From: a virus | Virus genome (UHGV): UHGV-0139594 | Length of the DNA stretch: 32,537 bases | Strand: one strand, 5' to 3' | Part shown: positions 26,251-32,537 of the stretch, one piece after another | Numbering within the stretch: position 1 is the stretch's first letter | Layout of the letters: every line of letters begins with the position of its first letter | Notes under the pieces: model-generated | What the model saw: only the letters and a program-made list of their open reading frames with translations | The model's database searches: none | Told to the model about the DNA's origin: nothing | Translations under genes and position numbers: made by a program

Positions 26251-26421
26251 TCACTTGCTTTTGTTTGAGAGTGTTTCAGCCTCTCTTTTCAACATATCAA
26301 GAATGTAATCTGTAACAGTGATACGTTTACTTCTGGCTTCTTTAAACAACACCTGAAATACTTCATCAGGAATATGAAAGCAAGTGCGTGGTTGTCTTTT
26401 CTTTTCTGTAGTTTCGCTCAT
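26251..26421 (-). CDS. Small ribbon-helix-helix-like protein (56 aa)
   Basis: MSETTEKKRQPRTCFHIPDEVFQVLFKEARSKRITVTDYILDMLKREAETLSNKSK; GGAGAAGGAGAA RBS; below track cutoff. Confidence 0.5.
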   Translation of the reverse strand: MSETTEKKRQPRTCFHIPDEVFQVLFKEARSKRITVTDYILDMLKREAETLSNKSK

Positions 26422-26442
26422 AGTTTTCTCCTTCTCCTGTTA

Positions 26443-26625
26443 TTATTCTTTCTCTGCTTCTGCCTTACGCAGTTCATCAATAATTTTTAGTGCATCGTCA
26501 AAGCATTTTTCACGCTCTGGATAACCTCTACTCCTTGCCATATTACGATTCATTACTATTTGATGTCGTGTTAGCTCACCTTTTTTAAATGCCTCTGCGA
26601 CGTGTTTCGGTGTAAACCATTTCAT
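26443..26625 (-). CDS. Hypothetical small basic protein (60 aa)
   Basis: ORF immediately upstream of the RHH gene on the same strand. Confidence 0.45.
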   Translation of the reverse strand: MKWFTPKHVAEAFKKGELTRHQIVMNRNMARSRGYPEREKCFDDALKIIDELRKAEAEKE

Positions 26626-27454
26626 AAAAACTCCTTATTCAGTTAAAAGAAAAAAAACACCTTGCAAGCCTGACGGCTTCAAAGTGCATTGATTTTGATT
26701 ATTTAGAGAAGAATGTTTTTCTGTCCCTCTAATACCTATTATTACATATAAAGAAACATTTGTCAATACCCTTTTCGCAAAAATACGATCTTTTTCAGCA
26801 GCTTAAAATTTTTCTTAGCAATTCGTGCTCTTATGAGTACTCCTATTCTTCCTTATTCTCTAAAACGCTCTCTGACGAGGTTTTGATAAATACAATACAT
26901 TCCCTTATGTAGAGGCTGTTTAGCTCGCCAGAGGCTTATTTAAGCGGTAGAAACTTATTTAACCTTCAACTACTAAAACCATTCTTTCTTTTTTGTTTGT
27001 TGTTGGTTGTTGTCTGTGTCTATGTGCTAACATCGCTAATGCGTAGCACACAAGGTTATTGCACTCGTCAGAGTATTGCACAATAGATTTTCTCTTAAAT
27101 AGATTGATGATCGTTAGATTGGCGTAAGCCTCATCAATGGAACTATTGAAGCGCACAGCGCATAGACACTAACAACCATTCGCTTACGCTCAGGTTATTG
27201 CACATAGTAGATTACATATTCGTTGTGAGCGGCATTAGCGAACATAGATCTACTAACTAACATCAACAAACAAAAACTATGTGTTATGACAAGCAGTCTA
27301 ACGACTAACACTCTAACTTGTGCAAGGTTCTGGCGAATGCCAATAGATTAAGGGATAGTCGTTAGACTCCCCTAACGGGTATCCCTATAATTATTCTTTA
27401 AAGATAAAGGAATTTATAAAAGATAATTTAATTGTAGTTTGATAGTTGATCTAA

Positions 27455-27600
27455 TAGGTAACAAAATTCTGTAGGGGTGGCTAACAGTTTTCTGTGGGGG
27501 TGTCTAACATAATTCTGTTAGGGTTGGGGTAACAGTTTTCTGTTAGGGTGCATATTTCTTTAAAAGTTAAGGATAACAGAATTCTGTGGGGGTAGCTCAC
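27455..27600. repeat. Iteron array: five copies of a ~23-bp unit (AACAnnnTTCTGTnGGGGTnG)
   Basis: AACAAAATTCTGTAGGGGTGG, AACAGTTTTCTGTGGGGGTG, AACATAATTCTGTTAGGGTTGG, AACAGTTTTCTGTTAGGGTG, AACAGAATTCTGTGGGGGTAG at roughly 23-bp phasing. Confidence 0.7.
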
Positions 27601-28709
27601 AGTGACCTACCGTTACATCCATTTATCACATAACATCTGTGCAATGATCTTCTAAAAGTGTTTCTTGCTACCAAAATTAAACATCTAAAACAGGCTTAAA
27701 TTCAATGTAATTGATGATTAATCCCTGTGTAATTCCTACGTAAAAATTCAATGAAAAGTAGCTTAAAAGTGCAATTCTTACTTTCTTCACTTTTACATCA
27801 CTTTCGCAAAGCCTTGTGTAATGCGGCTACAGCGCACTATCAGAAATTGTTGATTAAAAATCAATCTATTATTTGTCGAACAAGTTTCTTTCACGTGTTG
27901 AAAATTTATGTTTAAATTTGCTTTCAATCTTTAATGTGCAATCACTATCAACATAAAAATAAAAAACCTTCTATTATATTTCATAGCATACAAAAGTCAA
28001 TAGAAGCCCTCTCGTGCTCCTACGTAAAAAATCCACCACTTTTCCCCTGATACATCAACTCAAGGCGTTCCATGTGTTCCTTAGTGCATATTACGATTAT
28101 TATGTTAAATGGATTTTGGCCCATATTTTGACCTGCACCCGCATAAACACTGGTTTCATCGCTTACAGCCCTTGTGAGACGTGGTGCTGTTTCTAGCATC
28201 TGATCCGACATAAAACCGATCATTCTCGTGTTTAGTGAAAGTTTAGTGAGAGACATTACAGAAAGGCTTTCTGTGTAATGATTTAATAGGTAAAAACGAT
28301 GTTGATTACGCAAGAAAATTCCTTGCTGATATTTGGGGATTCTGGATTTTCCAGATCGGGGGGCGGTGAAAATCGCGTTAAGCACTTCTCGCAATCTAGC
28401 CATAAGGGAAGGGATAAAGGTATTTAGATGTATTTATAGCTATTTATGGCTATTTATTTTTTATTTACCTTAATTTAAAAATAGCCTTATAAATCAATAA
28501 GATACAGGACTATCTGTTTATATTTTAATCAATTAAATCAAGTTTAATACCCTTAAACCACCTGAAAATAACCTTAAATACCCCAATAATTAATTTTAAC
28601 GATTCCTGTGCTCTCTCCTACTTTGCAAAAAGGCAAAAAAAGCCCATAGAGGCACAAAAATATTAAAACCAATAACTCAATAATGCCTCTACAAGAGCTT
28701 CTCTAACTG

Positions 28710-29261
28710 TTATTTTTGATTGAGCTTACATCGATCCCATTGTTCTGTCGTTCTTGTGATACGATCGCTTATTGCAAAATTTAATAGCCAAGAATCATAA
28801 GCATAAACCTTGCTTTTATCATCTGCCATCATAAACTTGCCGTTAGCATTCAGTTTTGGCGATATCAAATATGTTCCATTTAATCTGTTAGCCTTGAAGC
28901 TATCTGCATATAAAGTTACTTGTGCGTATCCCTGAACACGTAATGCCCCTAAACGTCCGTTTTCGATTGATGCAATAGAGTATTGGCAAAGATAATTTTT
29001 GGCAGCAGGAGTCGTTTTCACTCCTTCAGTTTTTCGTGAATTATTTGATTGCGAGCTTCGAATAGAGGATGAAGGATAAGAGTATGAATGATTTTTATAA
29101 GATGAAGGGGCATAAGAGCCAATCCGGCACGTCTTACCAACAGCTATACACGAGTTACCACAAGGTATTCCTTTTTTGCAGTTTTTAGCAACTGCGGTAG
29201 AAGTTCCCCCTACAAACAACGTTGTAAAAATCATCATCCTCACAAATGCAGACCTGCGCAT
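28710..29261 (-). CDS. Secreted Cys-rich protein of unknown function (183 aa)
   Basis: N-terminal signal peptide (MMIFTTLFVGGTSTAVA), Cys cluster CKKGIPCGNSCIAVGKTC, Ser-rich linker, ~100-aa C-terminal domain; AT-rich. Confidence 0.55.
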   Translation of the reverse strand: MRRSAFVRMMIFTTLFVGGTSTAVAKNCKKGIPCGNSCIAVGKTCRIGSYAPSSYKNHSYSYPSSSIRSSQSNNSRKTEGVKTTPAAKNYLCQYSIASIENGRLGALRVQGYAQVTLYADSFKANRLNGTYLISPKLNANGKFMMADDKSKVYAYDSWLLNFAISDRITRTTEQWDRCKLNQK

Positions 29262-29655
29262 ATAACCTCCCTTTTTAGATTATTCTTATGCTATACACTT
29301 GCTTAAAAAAATAAAAGTGCCCTCTAACCTTTATCGTTCTCCATCACAATTTGAGAAGTAAGAGCAGCAACCTCAAGCGATGATCACGTTTGCGCCGATT
29401 TCAGAGAAAAAGACAGTAACTGAACTCACTATGAAGGCTAAACGTATCTTTACACTTGATGAAAACGTTCAAAAAACAACCTAACCCCAAAATTCAACAA
29501 ATAACAACATATTGTTTTTAAAAGAAAATTAAATCTACATCAAATATTGGTTGACGTAGATTGAGGTGAATAGTAGACTATTAGGGTAAATTGCCATTCT
29601 TGCAACATCATTTAATGCATGTTCTAATCCTCCTATCCCAAAACCGGAGGAAGTT

Positions 29656-29814
29656 ATGCATTTACTTTCAAAACATCTTCACACTATTCACTTTCTCGTT
29701 ATTGATGTATTCATTGTGGCTATTAGTTACCGCATTTGCATCGCTTCCAGTGAAGAGATGGACGCTGTTGCAATTATTGCTCAAGCAATGGCGATGTTAA
29801 CTAAACGACTTTAA
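29656..29814 (+). CDS. Hypothetical small hydrophobic protein (52 aa)
   Basis: GGAGG RBS 5 nt before ATG; converges on a hairpin shared with the next small gene. Confidence 0.35.
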   Translation: MHLLSKHLHTIHFLVIDVFIVAISYRICIASSEEMDAVAIIAQAMAMLTKRL

Positions 29815-29880
29815 TAATTTCACTATCAGGCGCATAAACACATCTTTGATCGCTGGATGTGTTATGCGCCTACTGGTGAT

Positions 29881-30033
29881 TCAATCCTTAAGCCATTTCA
29901 ACTCACTAAGGAGTTTTCTTTCTTCGTTCTCTCTCTGTTTACGCTCTAGCCAGGCTTTTCCTTCTGGCGTAGGCAGGAACTTACGAGCGTGAATCTTGCG
30001 GTTATTACGTTTGATAGCTGCAATGTTTTTCAT
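29881..30033 (-). CDS. Hypothetical small basic protein (50 aa)
   Basis: AGAGG RBS; MKNIAAIKRNNRKIHARKFLPTPEGKAWLERKQRENEERKLLSELKWLKD. Confidence 0.35.
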   Translation of the reverse strand: MKNIAAIKRNNRKIHARKFLPTPEGKAWLERKQRENEERKLLSELKWLKD

Positions 30034-30639
30034 CGTGTGCCTCTGTATTCATATGAAAATTAACAAGTTACATACTACACAGGGAGACTACGCATAAAAC
30101 ACAATACAAGTAAAGATACATTTTCAAGACAATAGGAGCCATAAAGCGCCTTTGATGGTTATACCAAAAAATAAGCGCCGTAGGCGTATCCACTAAAAAG
30201 GGCTTTTTCACAAAAGCTATGAAGTCTTAGCAGTTCTTCTCTTATCAGGCACCCGTTGTACTCCGGTGGACGAAACCGTGCTAGAGCTTGATTCTTTCCC
30301 GATCAAGTTAGGTTTTGAAGAGGTGGGCTTTAATCCACTATTGCACTTAAAACTCTTCCCATCATTTAGCCTGTTTATCCTCTGCAACGTCTCACGACGT
30401 GTAGCATCATTGGACACCGCGCCAGGTGTGGAACATCTTGCTAAGAGTTTTGGTAGAAGGTTTAGAGACGGTGGCACGTCTTCCAGCTTCAAAGGAACTT
30501 GTTACGAGGTTGAGCCTGGGAACTACTCGCCCATACGTGTTAAACTACCAAAAGCCCATAACAACGTATAGGCGTTTGTAAGTGATAACAGAAGATACAA
30601 TTTCTTAGAGAAGTTAAGCTAAGTTATTGATTTTCTTGA

Positions 30640-30685
30640 TGGTGCCGATAATAGGAGTCGAACCTACGACCTTCGCATTACGAAT
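30640..30685 (-). repeat. Inverted 46-bp copy of the thrW 3' end (anticodon loop to CCA): att core remnant
   Basis: TGGTGCCGATAATAGGAGTCGAACCTACGACCTTCGCATTACGAAT is the exact reverse complement of tRNA positions 31..76 (window 109..154). Confidence 0.85.
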
Positions 30686-30889
30686 TATAAGAATCCGCTT
30701 CTAATTCAAAGCATTACCCCATCAACACTGCGCTCACACGTCCCGCCACATCAAAACATGTAAAGCCTTGCAAGCCATTGTGAGGCCTTATGTGTCTCAG
30801 TTTTGTCCCACTACGACCTGCACAGAAAATAAGAAAATAGCGGTGATATCAAACAGTACAGAAGTCTTTTTTCTTTCAAATGGAGAAAC

Positions 30890-31168
30890 TGATTAACCCG
30901 TTTAATTGTACTCCTCATGGGCAATCAGCAGTCCTCAGAGTAATGGAATGGCAGAAAGGTTCGTGAAAACGATGAAGGAAGACTACATCGCGTTCATGCC
31001 GAAACCGAATGTAAGAACGGCATTGCATAATCTTGCAGTGGCGATCGAACATTACAATGGAAACCATCCGCACAGTGCGTTGGGTTATCGCTCTCTGCGA
31101 GAATATCGACGTCAGCGGGTAACGTTAACTTAAGATACACCCCCTGTCTGGAAATAAGGGGGCAAGAA
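30890..31168 (+). mobile_element. IS2-like (IS3 family) remnant: 3' end of transposase OrfB plus terminal repeat
   Basis: [59 protein letters not shown] resembles the IS2 OrfB C-terminus; downstream TGTCTGGAAATAAGGGGGCAA resembles the IS2 right end. No upstream transposase sequence. Confidence 0.6.
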
Positions 31169-31174
31169 CAATGA

Positions 31175-31927
31175 TCAGATTCCCTGGTGAGTAAGAATTT
31201 TACTTTCTGAACTCCTCTGAGAGTATTGACTTGGAGAAATACCAAAATAACGTCTAAATACATAAGTAAAGTATGAGACACTGGCATAACCACAGACCTT
31301 AGCTACTTTACTAATAGGATAACAACGAGTGCTGAGTAAATATTCAGCCATTTGCATCCTCTCATCAAGTATGATCTTACTGAATGATACCCCCTCTTCT
31401 TTCAATTTCCTCTTTAGTAAACTTTCGCTGAGATATAATCTTGATGATATATCCTTAAGACGCCATGGTGCAGATAAATCCGTATGAATAATCGTTTTAA
31501 CTTTAGCCCCTGTGCTTTTCAAACATCCAAACAGAAATACTCCAAATTGTTTTTCAGAAGAAAATGCAGAGAGACATGTAAAAGCAATAGACTCATCAAA
31601 AATTTCTATGTATTCAGCACAGTGATTAGCCCAACTAATTAATCCTTTAATTAAACTGAAGTCAGCAAAGTTTATTTTTAAATAAGATGGATATTCCCTA
31701 CAATCAGAAATATCCCTTAAGTTATTAGCTTTCAAATAGCGACTAATAAACTCAGCGCCAAAATCCGCCACTATCACTCTTTCAGGATACGTCAGGAAAA
31801 AATCTCTAGAGCTAGAGTCGACAAGTACAGATGAACCTCTCTCCAGAAACACAATCTCTTTTCCTAAATAAACATCAAAGGACTCCAAAATCAATATAAC
31901 TGAACATGTAGTTGCCATATCATCCAC
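31175..31927 (-). CDS. AraC-family transcriptional regulator, AppY/Rns-like
   Basis: C-terminal double HTH (WRLKDISSRLYLSESLLKRKLKEEGVSFSKIILDERMQMAEYLL...VAKVCGYASVSYFTYVFRRYFGISPSQY); AT-rich gene with AT-rich upstream region. Confidence 0.8.
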   Translation of the reverse strand: MDDMATTCSVILILESFDVYLGKEIVFLERGSSVLVDSSSRDFFLTYPERVIVADFGAEFISRYLKANNLRDISDCREYPSYLKINFADFSLIKGLISWANHCAEYIEIFDESIAFTCLSAFSSEKQFGVFLFGCLKSTGAKVKTIIHTDLSAPWRLKDISSRLYLSESLLKRKLKEEGVSFSKIILDERMQMAEYLLSTRCYPISKVAKVCGYASVSYFTYVFRRYFGISPSQYSQRSSESKILTHQGI

Positions 31928-32410
31928 CCAATTTAACTGAAACTAGGATGAAGTATATGCATATAAAGTTCACTTTGCCAAACTTCAGTATAAAAAACCA
32001 CATAAAAAATAGGGTGTGATAAAAAATACCGTAACAATAAAGCAAAGGATTATAAATTCCGTTACAGTTACAAATGATACTCAAGAAACAATTCCTTAGG
32101 AAAAACTTATTTACAGCCAATAAGTAAGACACTTATATGATATCAAGTTTTCATAAAACATAACTAGGCTAAATAGCTTCGCCTAATACCGCTACACTTT
32201 TGCCAGCCCATGTGTGCCTCCGGGTATTGACCCCTTCTCTACGCAACTTCAGTTCCCACCACCAACTTTGCGGCAGCTTTGTAGGATCAATGTCTAAAAG
32301 AATAATGGTGACCGATAAGAAAACGACTGAATAACTGCAGATTTTCGCTCGAAATCTTCCTGTCAGATCCATAGCGAATCAAGTGCTGAATGTCACAGTA
32401 TCGAACAGAA

Positions 32411-32537
32411 GGTAATGACTCCAACTTATTGATAGTGTTTTATGTTCAGATAATGCCCGATGACTTTGTCATGCAGCTCCACCGATTTTGAGAACGACAG
32501 CGACTTCCGTCCCAGCCGTGCCAGGTGCTGCCTCAGA
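32411..32537 (-). mobile_element. IS1, partial (terminal inverted repeat and insB 3' end), cut by window edge
   Basis: GGTAATGACTCCAACTTATTGATAGTGTTTTATGTTCAGATAATGCCCGATGACTTTGTCATGCAGCTCCACCGATTTTGAGAACGACAGCGACTTCCGTCCCAGCC matches the IS1 end as I recall it. Confidence 0.85.

Noticed and set aside
26959-27156. 65-aa ORF 26959..27156
   Set aside because: Lies across a large imperfect palindrome in an intergenic region; likely not coding.
27455-27600. CRISPR array interpretation of the 23-bp repeats
   Set aside because: Repeats are degenerate, phased at about 23 bp without unique spacers of CRISPR length, and no cas genes are present; they fit iterons.
28014-28403. ORFs 28014..28196 (+) and 28020..28403 (-)
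   Set aside because: Mutually overlapping, no RBS noted, junk-like translations; at most a degraded gene remnant.
30217-30571. ORFs 30217..30492 (-) and 30266..30571 (+) adjacent to the inverted att fragment
   Set aside because: Overlap each other on opposite strands with low-complexity translations; neither is convincing.
32169-32372. 67-aa ORF upstream of the AraC-family regulator
   Set aside because: Sits in the AT-rich promoter region between the regulator and IS1; hydrophobic junk-like translation.

Overview
The window opens with an intact tRNA-Thr(CGU) gene (thrW-type, 79..154), immediately followed by a P22-family integrase/excisionase pair and about 22 kb of lambdoid prophage on a roughly 50% GC backbone. 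The prophage order is: int-xis and an early-left operon (minus strand); an immunity region with cI-like repressor, cro-like and CII-like genes flanked by operator-like motif arrays; a replication initiator with iterons inside the gene; a Nin-like region (Dam-type methylase, orphan LexA-DBD protein, RusA, KilA-N, DUF968, Q-like); a lambda-type lysis cassette (MKM dual-start holin, lambda R-like endolysin, Rz/Rz1); then HNH endonuclease, small terminase, and an HK97-type head module plus a Mu-like tail sheath. The prophage looks defective: the large terminase stops after its ATPase domain, no portal gene is present, the sheath appears 3'-truncated, and no tail tube, tape-measure or baseplate genes follow. 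Three accessory (moron) loci interrupt the backbone in classical hotspots and are the best candidates for an undescribed system: a TerB-like-repeat + BRCT protein between OL and cI (rex position), a 159-aa gene between Q and the holin (stx position), and an AT-rich two-gene cassette after Rz/Rz1 (bor position). From about 22.2 kb the sequence becomes AT-rich and unrelated: hypothetical operons, an iteron-type replicon module (Rep-like wHTH protein, RHH protein, five 23-bp iterons), and a secreted Cys-rich protein. It ends at a 46-bp inverted copy of the thrW 3' end (att core remnant), followed by an IS2-like remnant, an AppY/Rns-like AraC regulator and the first 127 bp of IS1. All functional calls rest on motif recognition by eye; no database search was run.
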